Assembly: GCA_965242965.1 (NCBI GenBank)
Contig: OZ251518.1
Coordinates: 3,296,001-3,360,000 of the forward strand
Direction of reading: 5' to 3'
Origin: Candidatus Poribacteria bacterium
GTDB lineage: Bacteria; Poribacteria; WGA-4E; WGA-3G
DNA: 64,000 bases
Shown: piece by piece, positions 10,949 to 21,571 of the stretch
How the letters are laid out: each line of letters opens with the position of its first letter
Numbering within the stretch: the first letter of the stretch is position 1
Position numbers and translations under genes: made by a program
Notes under the pieces: model-generated
Database searches by the model: none
What the model saw: the letters and a program-made list of their open reading frames with translations, nothing else
Told to the model about the DNA's origin: nothing

Positions 10949-11740
10949 TCAAGGCGCGCTGTGCCGACGTTTCAGGTCTCCCCAAGCGACTGGCAGTTTC
11001 GCACGCGGCGAGACATCAAACGGAACAAGCAGGTCTTCAAAATACTCGAATTGCGCAATCTGCTTGCCTTTGCTGTCACAGATGCCGACATAAATGCCGA
11101 CTTCAAGCGGTTCATCGAATTCTTGTTCGGTTTCGCCGATGTCTGTCCAGTTGTCATTCGCTTTCCGCTTCCACCACGCCGTGAAGTTATCGCCTTCTCG
11201 GCGGAGGCGCATGTAAAGGTCCATTTCACCGGCCGGGTCTAGGAAACCGGGCACCACGCCGACGAGTCCTTCACCGTTATCAAATTGCCTCTTCTGATAT
11301 TGGATAACCGCGTTGTTATCGTTGCCGGCGCGGCCCCAGAGTTTGATTGTTACCCACTCACCATCGCGCCCCTGATGGTCCTTCGTAGTCGGCGAAAAAG
11401 CGACGACACCCGCTACAACACAAGCATCTTCGTAATCCATGTAGAGGTGTGTTTCAATGTCAAAATCGCCTTCGTGTTCCTGATAGAGGCGGTTCGTTGT
11501 ATCGTCGGGCCAGAGGTTACGGTTGCGTTCGCCGGTGATGTGCAGCCAGCCGGCTTTCGTTTTGCCGAGATCCCATTCTTCCGGTTCAACGCCTGCCTCT
11601 CTGGAGGTTTTCCATTTCCAATTCGGATTTTTTAACGCGTTGCCATCAAACGGATCGCCGAGGGAATCAGCGGCTTCGGCGGCAATGGTGCCGAACAGCA
11701 TCGCAATACCGGCAATTACTAAGAGAGTGATTTGTTTCAT
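10949..11740 (-). CDS. Secreted ConA/DUF1349-like beta-sandwich protein with C-terminal VSPRAKLPVAWGDLK tail
   Basis: Signal peptide after AAGGAG; clear paralog of 11818-12588. Confidence 0.75.
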   Translation of the reverse strand: MKQITLLVIAGIAMLFGTIAAEAADSLGDPFDGNALKNPNWKWKTSREAGVEPEEWDLGKTKAGWLHITGERNRNLWPDDTTNRLYQEHEGDFDIETHLYMDYEDACVVAGVVAFSPTTKDHQGRDGEWVTIKLWGRAGNDNNAVIQYQKRQFDNGEGLVGVVPGFLDPAGEMDLYMRLRREGDNFTAWWKRKANDNWTDIGETEQEFDEPLEVGIYVGICDSKGKQIAQFEYFEDLLVPFDVSPRAKLPVAWGDLKRRHSAP

Positions 11741-11817
11741 AAGTGTATCTCCTTGCGCGCTTTCAAAGCAAGATGACTGGCGGCGTAATTGCCGCCAGCC
11801 TGAGGATGTGCCACAAA

Positions 11818-12588
11818 TTAGCGGCGTTTCAATGCACCCCACGTGACAGCGAGCCTATCGCGCGGGTCTACGGGGGTTGCGGGGCTGGAAGCCTCCCGGA
11901 AATAGTCAAACGTGACTGTCATTTTGCCGGGGCCTTCGCCTTCGCAGATACCGACATAAATGCCGACTTCAAGCGGTTCTTGAAGTTCGTTGGTAACTTT
12001 GCTGACAGAAACCCAGTCGCCTTGGGCATCCGGCTTGAACCACGATTCATATTCATTGCCTTCGCGTTTGATGCGCAGTTCGATGGGGATAACACCCTGT
12101 TCCGGATTGTAATCCGGTTGCGTTCCGACATAAGGTTCGGCATCGTTTTGACGGCGTTGGTATTGAAGCACAGCGTTGTTGTTTTGCGCCGCACCGCGTC
12201 CCCACAACTTCAGCGTTACCCATTCGCCATCGCGATCTTGGGTATCCTTAGTTGTGGCGGAGTAGACGACGATGCCAGCGACGGTGCAAGCGTCTGCGTA
12301 ATCGACAACCATCGACGTTTCAATGTCAAACTCGTCCTGGTCGGTGATTTGATAGAAGCGCGTGGTGGTATCATCACCCCACAGATTCTGGTCAAACCCG
12401 GCTTCAGCGACGAGCAGTCCATCTTTCAGCTCCCAAGGACTTTTCTCGCTGTCCTTGACTTGCCAAAAGGATTTGAGTGTCTGGCCGGTGCCGTCAAATT
12501 CGTCGCTCATCAACGTTTGCGCGAGAACGGTATTGACGCAGCCGATAGCCAGAAGTAGCGTTAACATGACACAAAAAGTTTGTTTCAT
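11818..12588 (-). CDS. Secreted ConA/DUF1349-like protein with C-terminal VDPRDRLAVTWGALK tail
   Basis: Signal peptide; shares RDGEWVTxKLWGR and EPLEVGIYVGIC with the downstream paralog. Confidence 0.75.
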   Translation of the reverse strand: MKQTFCVMLTLLLAIGCVNTVLAQTLMSDEFDGTGQTLKSFWQVKDSEKSPWELKDGLLVAEAGFDQNLWGDDTTTRFYQITDQDEFDIETSMVVDYADACTVAGIVVYSATTKDTQDRDGEWVTLKLWGRGAAQNNNAVLQYQRRQNDAEPYVGTQPDYNPEQGVIPIELRIKREGNEYESWFKPDAQGDWVSVSKVTNELQEPLEVGIYVGICEGEGPGKMTVTFDYFREASSPATPVDPRDRLAVTWGALKRR

Positions 12589-12626
12589 CGTTAAAATATC
12601 CTTCCTATAGAATTTATTATGAAGAT

Positions 12627-12655
12627 ATTTTACGATTTTTGTGGCAAAATGTCAA
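12627..12655 (-). promoter_or_regulatory. Sigma70-type promoter for 11818-12588
   Basis: Minus strand TTGACA-N17-TAAAAT. Confidence 0.6.
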
Positions 12656-12687
12656 GATTTTATTTTTTTACTAAGGCTATTTAGTTG

Positions 12688-13245
12688 ATGGCGTTTCATA
12701 AATTCCCGTAGGAGAGACCTCCTGGTCTCGATGCATCCCCGTAGGAGAGACCTCCTGGTCTCGATTTCATCGTAGGGATTGGGCCCTCGCATGCCACACG
12801 CGCATGCGAGCGGGTTCCCCTCGCCAACGTTCGCGCGCCAGACCCTGTAGTTCGGGATCGCCTGATCCCGAACCGTTTGTGATCAGGCGATCACAAACTA
12901 CAGAGGTGGAAACACACAGCGTGACGATGGACAACGCGGGGGACAGGCCCCCGCGCTACGATAAAAAACGCCCCCTTCACCGTAGTGCGAGGGCCTGTCC
13001 CTCGCCATCGTGCGTGCACGCGCAATCCAACGTTCGCGGGGGACAGGCCCCCGCGCTACGGACAGAGAAAAGCCCCTCCTTTACCGTAGGGCGAGGGCCT
13101 GTCCCTCGCCATCGTTCATGCCTGCGCACCGCAACGCTCGCGGGGGAAACCCGCTCGGATGCGCGTATGGCATCCGAGGGGCCCCGCGCTACGGACAGAG
13201 AAAAGCCTACGGTAAAATCGAGACCGGGAGGTCTCTCCTACCGGG
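12688..13245. repeat. Mosaic REP-like cluster with a degenerate left end GGCGTTTCATAA
   Basis: At least five GTAG-hairpin families interleaved. Confidence 0.85.
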
Positions 13246-13267
13246 CAAACGGAGCAGAAAATTTCCC

Positions 13268-13325
13268 TTGCCAAATCCAAGAGATAATGCTAAAATTACC
13301 GCAATGCCACCATTGTCATAAGGAG
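13268..13325 (+). promoter_or_regulatory. Promoter and RBS for the mod gene
   Basis: TTGCCA(13268)-N17-TAAAAT(13291); TAAGGAG just before ATG 13331. Confidence 0.6.
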
Positions 13326-13330
13326 TTCGC

Positions 13331-15044
13331 ATGCCCACACTCGATTTCAGAGGCAAACAATTCATCTACTCCCATCACCTCACCGTGCCGTTTCGCACGC
13401 TGGAAGTAGATGCCACTAAATCCCTGCAAAATGCACATTATGAAGGGGGGGGTCAAGTCGCCTTCATTGCAGGATAACCTCATCATCCACGGCGATAATC
13501 TGCACGCACTCAAGGCACTCCTCCCGAAATATGCAGGGAAGATTAAGTGTGTCTACATCGATCCGCCCTATAACACCGGTAACGAAGGCTGGGTTTACAA
13601 TGACAACGTCAACAGCCCCCTGATGCAACGGTGGTTGGCGGAAAACTCGCCGATTGATGTTGAAGATTTAGAACGCCACGACAAGTGGCTGTGCATGATG
13701 TGGCCGCGCTTGCATCTCTTACGCGAGTTGCTCGCCGACGATGGCGTGATTTTCATCTCTATTGATGACAATGAGGTGCATCATTTACGACAAGTTATGA
13801 ATGAGATTTTCGGTGAAGTGCATTTTATCGCTTGCTTGCCTACCGTTATGAATCTCAAGGGAAACAATAACGAATTCGGATTCGCGGGGACTCATGAATA
13901 CACTCTCGCTTGGGCAAAAAATCGCGCGCTTGCTCAAATCGGCGAGTTTGACATGGAAGAGGAGGAACTCGCGGCATGGATGCAAGATGATTATGGGTAC
14001 TACAAAAAAGGGGCAGAACTGAAAGCCACGGGGGCAAGTGCCCCAAGGAGCGAAAGACCTAATTTGTTCTATCCGATCTTTGTTAACGAACGGAATGAAG
14101 TGTCGGTAGTCAAATGTCCCGAAACCGAGAATTATGAACAGGTGCTACCGATTACCGATGGCAAAGAAGTCCATTGGCGGTGGAGCAAACAGAAAGTCAT
14201 CAACGAGTCCTACAACATTATCGTTGAGAGGACACTCACTGGCATCCGGCTGCGGAAGAAGCAGAGGCCCGCATTAGGGGAATTGCCGACGAAAAAGCCG
14301 AAGTCGCTGCTTTACAAACCCGAATATAGCAGCGGAAACGGGACTGCTGAATTGAAGCAGGTGTTCGGCAGTAGAGCCTTTGACTATCCGAAACCTGTTC
14401 AGTTGCTCAAAGACCTGGTTGGACTTGTCACAGAGCAAGATGACATCATCCTGGACTCCTTCGCTGGCAGCGGCACTACGGCGCACGCCGTCCTCGCACT
14501 CAATAGAGAAGACGGCGGTAACCGCAAGTTCATCCTCATTGAGTGCGAAGATTATGCAGATAGCATCACCGCCGAACGCGTACGGCGCGTCATCAACGGT
14601 GTAGATACCGCCAGGGACGAAGCATTGCGTCGCGGCTTCGGCGGCACTTTCGCCTATTGTGAACTCGGCGAACCGATTGACGAGGAAGGCATGCTCTCCG
14701 GCGAAACGTTGCCTGCCTACGAAACTTTGGCAAACTACATTGCTTACGTCGCGACAGGCAGCGCGCTTGACGTTGTTACCTTGCGAGAGGACTTCTTTTT
14801 CGGGGAGACTGAGGCGATTCGCTTTTATCTTATCTATGAACCGAACCTTGAATTTTTGGAGAGTGATGCCGCCGCGCTGGATGGAAAGCGCGCCGCACGG
14901 ATTGCGGCGCGATGCAAAGCAGCAAGGAAAAAGGCGTTCGTCTATGCGGCACACAAGTTCGTCAGTCAAAAAGACTTGACACCGATGGGCATCACGTTCT
15001 GTCAACTTCCTTATGGCATCCATCAAATTGAGGGTGTTTCATAA
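13331..15044 (+). CDS. mod: Type III R-M Mod-like DNA methyltransferase, frameshifted at a G8 tract (13445-13452)
   Basis: N-terminus MPTLDFRGKQFIYSHHLTVPFRTLE from 13331 is in a different frame from DNLIIHGDNLHALKALL / IDPPYNTG / FDYPKP / LDSFAGSGTT. Removing one G joins them. No res gene follows. Confidence 0.85.
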
Positions 15045-15461
15045 ATGGCTCAACAGCGCGAGCGGTGGCGAGGGAAACCCGCTCGGATGCACGTGTGGCA
15101 TGCGAGGGCCCACACCCTACGGTGAAAGGCAGGCGTTATTTTTTTCGTAGCGCGGGGGCCTGTCCCCCGCGATCGCCATCGTCAAGTTATGTTTTTAGGT
15201 CCTTTAGGACCTGAAGAGAACAAAAGACGTTTTTCCGTAGCGCGAGGCATGGCGAGGGACAGGCCCTCGCCCCTACGGTAACACGAACCGTTTTTTTTCA
15301 CCGTAGCGCGGGGGCCTGTCCCCCGCGAGCGTTGGAGTGCGCGGACGATGGCGAGGGACAGGCCCTCGCCCTACGGTGAGGGGAGGGCGTTTTTTTTAGG
15401 CGCGCCGCCCTATTGCATCGAGACCGGGAGGGCTCTCCTACACGGATTTATGAAACACCCT
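15030..15461. mobile_element. MITE-like element with inverted ends, carrying REP-like hairpins
   Basis: GAGGGTGTTTCATAA ... TTATGAAACACCCT; the left end supplies the mod stop codon. Confidence 0.75.
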
Positions 15462-15485
15462 GATTAAGAAAAAATCTAGTTGCTG

Positions 15486-17243
15486 CTAATACAAAATATG
15501 CACCCGATTTTTCCCACGCACCGTCTCATCTGGCAGCACGAGAGGCACTTCTACCACGGCGATGAAAGTGCCATCTGCGCTGATAGCGAGTGTATCGTAA
15601 GGCAATTGCCCCTCCGTGCGATAGGTGTATAGGTATTTTGCCAAACCGCCTCCCTCCGCCTCCAAATCGAAGAGAGAAACGCCGTGTAGGCTTTCATTCG
15701 GGTTTTGACTCCGCTTGGAGACAGCGAGGACGGCGTAGCGGCCGGCCGCGTCAATGCGTAACCCTTGCGGCATGTTTTCTAGTTGCCACTGCCACACTTT
15801 TTCACCCTCCCACGAATAAGCGAACAACGTCATTCCGTTCGGATGCGCTGTCGGCGGACGTTGCGCGCCTTTTTGGAGATGATAGGGAATGTAGGTGGTG
15901 CCGGTGACAAAGAGTGCAGCGGCATCTGTCGCGCCAATAGTGCCGGAAGTCGCGATAATCGGCACGCCGCTTACCTCAAGTGGCGTTGCTAAATTTTGAT
16001 GCCAGAGGGGTTCCGATTCGTTCTCTTTCTCGGTAGGCGCGTTTTGTATGCGCGCTTCTGCATCGAATATAAAGGCGCGCCCATCGTCCGTGGTCACATT
16101 AATAAACCTGCCATCGGGGGTGATGCTGACACCGCGCCAAAAAGTGACTCCCTCAAAATACGGTTTGAGCGGTTCAAAGGTGGCGTGCCAACGTTCTGTC
16201 CCAGTTTCTACATCAATAACGACAAGGCTGCCGTTTCCTTTCCCACTTGCATCTGCCACGAGTGCCAGCGTTTTCCCATCGGCACTGACATCAAACCATC
16301 GCAAAACTTTCGGGAGCGCGCCATCGGAGGGCCATTTCCATTTCACGGTGCCTGTCTCTCCATCAAATCGGTAAAGTTGCGACTTTTTCACGGGGACATT
16401 GTCTTTTGTCCACGAATGCACGCTGGCGACAAGCACATCTCCATCTGATAGCGTCAGCATGCGAGACGGACCCGGGTATTGCACCCACGCGTAAATACTA
16501 CCCGCGTCTTGCGGCGTGGAAGTCTCAATATCATCAGCGGTGCGATATTTCCATAACTGTTGATAGTCGCGCTTTTCTTCGCGGGGGCCAGGCTCCCGCG
16601 CTGCGGTTGAAGGGGGCTTTTCTTGACTCGTGCTGATGGCATAGGCATAGATGAATCCATCAGCCGCTTGTTCACCGATATAGAGTCGGGAGGGAACGGA
16701 ATCAGGCGATTCTGTGCTAAAAGCGATGTGTTTGACATATCCCTCTGAGATGCGCGTTTTCCAAACTAGTTCGCCTGTCAGTGCCGCGACAATTGCGAGA
16801 TGTCCCGCATCCGTTGCAATTGCGACATGTTTTCCATCCGCCGAAAACGCTACCGTCGTCGGCTGTGCCGGGCGGCGCAGGTTTGCCATGAGCGATAACA
16901 TTCCATCTAAGGCAATGGTTTGGATAGGATACAGCACCGGTTTAAGCGGTGTCCGCGTTTCTACGACGCTCGCGCCGGCATCAGAGGTGAGCGTCACGCG
17001 ATAGTTCTGGTTCGGTTCCCATGCGCATTGCACCAAAATCTGCTTGGGATTCAGTTGTAAGGCTTTGGCCGGCAGTGTTTCCGTTTGGGCTAGCACTTTG
17101 ACTTTGAGTCCGCTTGTAATGTCGTGTTCCGTTTCAAGCACCGCTCCCGTGCGCGTCCAGACGATATTCATGTCTGCCGCGAATCCGTAGATGGGGGAAA
17201 CGATGAGGAGACAAAAAAGTAGTAAAAAATGTGTTTTCTTCAT
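15486..17243 (-). CDS. Secreted WD40/PQQ-like beta-propeller protein (third gene of the B12 riboswitch operon)
   Basis: Signal peptide MKKTHFLLLF; repeated S.DG and G...W blade motifs. Confidence 0.8.
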   Translation of the reverse strand: MKKTHFLLLFCLLIVSPIYGFAADMNIVWTRTGAVLETEHDITSGLKVKVLAQTETLPAKALQLNPKQILVQCAWEPNQNYRVTLTSDAGASVVETRTPLKPVLYPIQTIALDGMLSLMANLRRPAQPTTVAFSADGKHVAIATDAGHLAIVAALTGELVWKTRISEGYVKHIAFSTESPDSVPSRLYIGEQAADGFIYAYAISTSQEKPPSTAAREPGPREEKRDYQQLWKYRTADDIETSTPQDAGSIYAWVQYPGPSRMLTLSDGDVLVASVHSWTKDNVPVKKSQLYRFDGETGTVKWKWPSDGALPKVLRWFDVSADGKTLALVADASGKGNGSLVVIDVETGTERWHATFEPLKPYFEGVTFWRGVSITPDGRFINVTTDDGRAFIFDAEARIQNAPTEKENESEPLWHQNLATPLEVSGVPIIATSGTIGATDAAALFVTGTTYIPYHLQKGAQRPPTAHPNGMTLFAYSWEGEKVWQWQLENMPQGLRIDAAGRYAVLAVSKRSQNPNESLHGVSLFDLEAEGGGLAKYLYTYRTEGQLPYDTLAISADGTFIAVVEVPLVLPDETVRGKNRVHILY

Positions 17244-17266
17244 TTTGCGTTTTCCTGTAGTATAAT

Positions 17267-17850
17267 GAGGGTGTTTCCTAACTCCGTGTCGGAGAGCCCC
17301 TCCAGTCTTGATGCAAGCGATGTCCTTGTAGGAGAGACCTCCTGGTCTCGATGAAAAAACGGTTCTTAGGTCCGTAGGACCTAAAACGATGCGTCCGAAA
17401 AAACGGCGCGCGTTACCGTAGGGCGGGGGCCCTCGCATGCCACACGCGCATGCGAGCGGGTTCCCCTCGCCATCGTTCTTGCACCAGGCTCTGTAGTTCA
17501 GGATCGCCGGATCCTGACCCGTTTGTGATCAGGCGATCACAAACTACAGATGCGGAAACACACATCGTGACGATGGTGCTCGCGGGGGCCTGTCCCCCGC
17601 GCTACGGTGAAAAAACGCCGTCCCTTCACGTAGGGCTTGGGCCCTCGCATGCCACACGCGCATGCGAGAGGGTTTCCCTCGCCGTGCGTTTTGCTGTCAG
17701 AGCGCATCCCCCCTGTAGGTCAAGATCGCCTGATCTTGACCTGTTTGTGATCAGGCGATCACAAACTACAGAGGTGCGCCCGATGCCTTCTGGTGTTCGC
17801 CAGCCCTCCAAGGCGGGATAAATACCGAAACGGAGTTATGAAACACCCTC
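17267..17850. mobile_element. MITE-like element with REP-like cargo, inside the B12 operon
   Basis: GAGGGTGTTTCCTAA ... TTATGAAACACCCTC. Confidence 0.75.
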
Positions 17851-17872
17851 TGTTAAACTCTGATGGGCGGCA

Positions 17873-19786
17873 CTAATCCGCAACACGCCAGAGGCCGCGT
17901 CCCAATCGGCCGCCAAGTAACACGCCGATGAAGGTATAGACAAAACCTTCCACCAGAATGCGGATGGCGAGATACCAGTCTGCGTAGAAGAGCCGATAAA
18001 AGACAATGGACAATTGAAAATCGACGTAGACAGCGAGGGCATCACAGATGCCGAGTGCCACTGCCCATGCCAATAAACCGCGCCGTTGCACGAGCCGATA
18101 CCCGGTTTCCAGCAACAGCACGCTTGTGCCGGTATACACGATTTCCATCGGTGTAAACATTCCGAAGGTGACTGCACCGAGGAGCAGGCGCACGGCAGAG
18201 GCAAGGAGAATCACGCCGTGTGTTTTTTTCGTTATATGTCGAGACCGGGAGGTTGCGCCGACTGAACGTGTTCCCGATTTTTCTGGCGCGCCGTTGATAT
18301 AAATGAGCAACGCTGTCAACAGCGCGTAGTAAAGCGTCTCATTCATCAACCCTGTCAACAGCACCGAAACGGGCCCGAGAAGGGCCCGGATGAGGTTCAA
18401 AAACAGCGTTGAGGGAATGATAACGCACACAAAAACAGTCGCGCCGAACAGCGCGATGACAATCAGTTGTTTCGTCGTGAACCGCGCGAAGATTTGGCGA
18501 TGATACCGAAGCACCACCACTAACCCGATACTGCTAGCAAGCACCGCCAACGCTGTGACGAACAATGCCTGTCGGTTCGGCACAACGATGTGGAGCGGTT
18601 GTTGTTCACGCAGCACCGTGGCGTTACTCCCCCAAACTTTCACCTCAATCTCGCGGCTGTATTCGCCAGGGCGCGCTGAAAGCGGATTGAAGTAAATCGG
18701 CAACGGAATAGCCGTGAGTGTTCCGGGCGGTAAACTGGCGAAAGCGACGCTCTTGTCGGTGCCGGCGTTGATTGCATCGGGCGGCGCGAGAAACCGAATC
18801 GTTTCGCCACTCTTCGCATCGCGGTTAATAGACGATACGACGACATGGAGAATCGCATCCCCGTGATTCTGGAGATGCACGGTTTGGAAAGTTATCGGCG
18901 TGTAGACATCAACCGGTGCCTGTCCCCATCGTCCGAAGAGAGGCCGCGCGTGATAGAGGGTATCGGCGCGCTGTCTTGAATCTGCGACACCTGATTCATC
19001 TGTTGGCATGCGGATATCTTCAATGGAGAGCCGGGCGGCTATCTTCTCCACAGTTGCTGCCTGCAGTTGCAATTCGGTGGTGTGTTCCCAAAGCGTATCT
19101 TGTGCTTCAAAGCATACCTTGCCGGAAATCACTGCGGTGCCGGTATCAATTTTGCGCGGCATCTTCAACACAACTTCACCATACCAAACTTCGCCGGCAA
19201 CGGTAAAGGCACCGGTGGTTGAGAGACAGGTTTCCTTACCGTTATTTTGAGTCTTCCACCCCGATGGCAATTTCACGATAGTGAACGCAGCCGGAAAGCA
19301 GACGGTAAGGTGAAAATCGGCGTGCGGCGCAGTTGTCCCATTTCTGACGAGGACGGTGGCTGTCAATTCGCTATCGCGCAGCACGAGTGAGGTGGCGTTC
19401 GCGTGCGCAGCCGCGCCGTAAGGGACAGAGATTTCCAAACTGCCGCGCGCCGTAGAACGCGGGGCAGTCGCCTCTTGAACGTCCACCTCCCCCGCATCCG
19501 ATGTCACCTCAAATCGATAGGTTTCACCCGCGTCCCATTCAAAATAGAGCGATTCTACCGGGCGCGGTGACGCGGGAAAATTGAGTTGTGCAACCAACGT
19601 GCCCGCCGCATTGTAGGCGGAGACGCGGCGAAAAGGTGACGGATTCCGTTCTATTTGCTCAAATTCGAGCTTGGCACCGAGGGAAAAGAAGCTGACTTGC
19701 CACGCTGGCTGCACCTCTTTTGTTTCCCTCGTTCTGCAGCTGAGAAGCAACAGCGAAAATAAAAGCCAGGCTATTGATTTTCTCAT
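17873..19786 (-). CDS. Lipoprotein-signal protein with a large extracytoplasmic region and a C-terminal multi-TM domain (ECF S-component-like)
   Basis: LLLLS-C lipobox; C-terminal region of about 200 aa with several TM helices starting FTTKQLIVIALFG, reminiscent of ECF S components. Confidence 0.65.
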   Translation of the reverse strand: MRKSIAWLLFSLLLLSCRTRETKEVQPAWQVSFFSLGAKLEFEQIERNPSPFRRVSAYNAAGTLVAQLNFPASPRPVESLYFEWDAGETYRFEVTSDAGEVDVQEATAPRSTARGSLEISVPYGAAAHANATSLVLRDSELTATVLVRNGTTAPHADFHLTVCFPAAFTIVKLPSGWKTQNNGKETCLSTTGAFTVAGEVWYGEVVLKMPRKIDTGTAVISGKVCFEAQDTLWEHTTELQLQAATVEKIAARLSIEDIRMPTDESGVADSRQRADTLYHARPLFGRWGQAPVDVYTPITFQTVHLQNHGDAILHVVVSSINRDAKSGETIRFLAPPDAINAGTDKSVAFASLPPGTLTAIPLPIYFNPLSARPGEYSREIEVKVWGSNATVLREQQPLHIVVPNRQALFVTALAVLASSIGLVVVLRYHRQIFARFTTKQLIVIALFGATVFVCVIIPSTLFLNLIRALLGPVSVLLTGLMNETLYYALLTALLIYINGAPEKSGTRSVGATSRSRHITKKTHGVILLASAVRLLLGAVTFGMFTPMEIVYTGTSVLLLETGYRLVQRRGLLAWAVALGICDALAVYVDFQLSIVFYRLFYADWYLAIRILVEGFVYTFIGVLLGGRLGRGLWRVAD

Positions 19787-19857
19787 TGCGTTGTCTCTGT
19801 CATTACAATCAATCTGGGTAGGCGCGGTTTGAAACCGCGCCTGCCAGAATTTGGGTA

Positions 19858-21156
19858 TCAGAAGTTATTGGCAACTAACACCAGATCCAGCACGTTTACC
19901 ACGCCATCGGCGTTGACATCGCCGGGGATGTCAAGTCCTGTTTCTCCGAAATAGCGGCTGACGATGGTTAAATCAGAGATGTTCACAAACCCATCGTCGT
20001 TGACATCTTCGGCTCTAGGGACAATCTGTGCAATGGCTACGTTATCCGCCCCGGGTCCGACGCGATAGGTTTTGAGAAGCGTCTCGTCGATGCCCATGAC
20101 GCGCACCTCGTCTTGCCCACCGCCGGTCCAATCGGGATAGGTAATGTAGAGACTACCGTCCGGCGCAAACGTCATCCCTGAGCCGCCGCCGAAATCGACG
20201 AGCGCGTCGTCTTTGTCACGCACCCATTTTTCCGTGACGACATCGTAGATGAGCAGACCGGGGGTTTGCCACCCGCCTTGGATGAACAGCCGTTTTTCCG
20301 CATTGATGGCGAAACTGCCGGGTGTCATCTTCAACGATACTGTCTTGCGAACCTCATCGGTAGTTGTGTCAATAAACACGAGGTGGCCAGGGATGAGATT
20401 CCGGTCTCCCGTAGTTTTGACAATCACCGTTGACTCGCTGTCGTTGACAATCCCGCCAGCGTTTGTCGGCATCGGTATAGACTTCAGCACCGTGTCTGTC
20501 GTGGTATCAATCACGGTGACACTGCTGTCGTGGTAGAGGACTTGCCTCGCCTCTGCATCCCACTCCCACGCCGGGTTCGTCACATACGCCTTGCCGTTTA
20601 GCAGCGTGATACCGCTAGGCTTGTTGAAAGGGCCGGTGATAACCTTCGTCACATTGCGATTTGCGATGTCAACGACATGGACTTCGTGCGCCGCGTCGCA
20701 GGTGACATACATCTTATTCTCATTGACAAAAGCGAGGTTTTGCGGTTGCGCGCCTGCGCGGATGGGAATTTCTCCGACAATCGCACGCCGCTGCAAGTTG
20801 ATAATGAGGATGTTATCGCTGAAGACGTTGGGGATGTAAGCGAGATGCCCCCGAATGAGGATATCGCTCGGCACATTGCCGAGAGGAATGACTTCGTTCT
20901 CAACGGCGCGTCTCTCGTTCGGCTCCGCGAGATCGATGAGGGAGAGTGAAGTCGTAATGCCCAAGTCAGGATGCGTGAGCGCATTGACGACTACGGCGAA
21001 ATGCTGCGCGTCTACTTGCCCATCGGCATGGCGAGGGACAACCCCTCTGCCCACGGGCTCAGACGCGAAAACTGTGCTCACGAGAAGAATGGAGAGGATA
21101 GCCCGCGCTATCCACTTTAGAGCCGGCGCGTGTGCCAGCCGTTTTGGAAATGGCAT
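19858..21156 (-). CDS. YncE/YVTN-type beta-propeller with C-terminal dockerin-like domain
   Basis: Blade repeats KMYVT / KAYVTN / VTVIDTTTDTV; DVNDDGFVNISDL and DVNADGVVNVLDLVLVA; GGAGG RBS. Confidence 0.8.
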   Translation of the reverse strand: MPFPKRLAHAPALKWIARAILSILLVSTVFASEPVGRGVVPRHADGQVDAQHFAVVVNALTHPDLGITTSLSLIDLAEPNERRAVENEVIPLGNVPSDILIRGHLAYIPNVFSDNILIINLQRRAIVGEIPIRAGAQPQNLAFVNENKMYVTCDAAHEVHVVDIANRNVTKVITGPFNKPSGITLLNGKAYVTNPAWEWDAEARQVLYHDSSVTVIDTTTDTVLKSIPMPTNAGGIVNDSESTVIVKTTGDRNLIPGHLVFIDTTTDEVRKTVSLKMTPGSFAINAEKRLFIQGGWQTPGLLIYDVVTEKWVRDKDDALVDFGGGSGMTFAPDGSLYITYPDWTGGGQDEVRVMGIDETLLKTYRVGPGADNVAIAQIVPRAEDVNDDGFVNISDLTIVSRYFGETGLDIPGDVNADGVVNVLDLVLVANNF

Positions 21157-21321
21157 GAATTACCTCCGTAAGGATACAAAAAGCCTTGCTTTCCGTGAGA
21201 AGACAGGGGACGTGGCGGCGTTCATGCGGCGGTAGGTTTCCAAAATCGTAAAAATCGGAGTGCCTCTCGTGCGCGCTGCGGTTCCACTGCTCTCCCGCGA
21301 AAGCAGATATGTGAAACACGG

Positions 21322-21518
21322 TGCAGGCAGGTCTCCTGACTTCCGACTTTTTCCATTTCACCTTCCCATCCGAATGACAGTGGTTTTTGAAGTGGAAACT
21401 CTCGATTGAGAGAGGTATCGTTCACAGTGGCGGGGCCGTGGCGGATTTTCACCGCGCTTCCCTATTCTCCGATTCGCAGAGTTTGCAAGTTTCACTCTAC
21501 ATCGGCACCTGAACCGTT
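21322..21518 (-). ncRNA. Cobalamin (B12) riboswitch
   Basis: Minus strand reads GGT..AATAGGGAA..GGTGAAAATCC..CGGCCCCGCCACTGT..CCACTG..GGGAAGG..AGTCAGGAGACCTGCC (B12 box). Confidence 0.95.
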
Positions 21519-21542
21519 TGCTTATTTAATTGTTATGGATAT

Positions 21543-21571
21543 ATTATATCATATTCTTGTGCGTTTTGCAA
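21543..21571 (-). promoter_or_regulatory. Sigma70-type promoter upstream of the riboswitch
   Basis: TTGCAA-N17-TATAAT. Confidence 0.65.

Noticed and set aside
12804-13409. 201-aa ORF and many similar ORFs containing VARGPVPR / RARACPSP / GDRPPRY
   Set aside because: Translations of the palindromic repeat clusters, not genes.
13410-13445. ATG 13410 as the start of the methyltransferase
   Set aside because: No RBS. The Mod-like N-terminus with promoter and RBS starts at 13331 in another frame.
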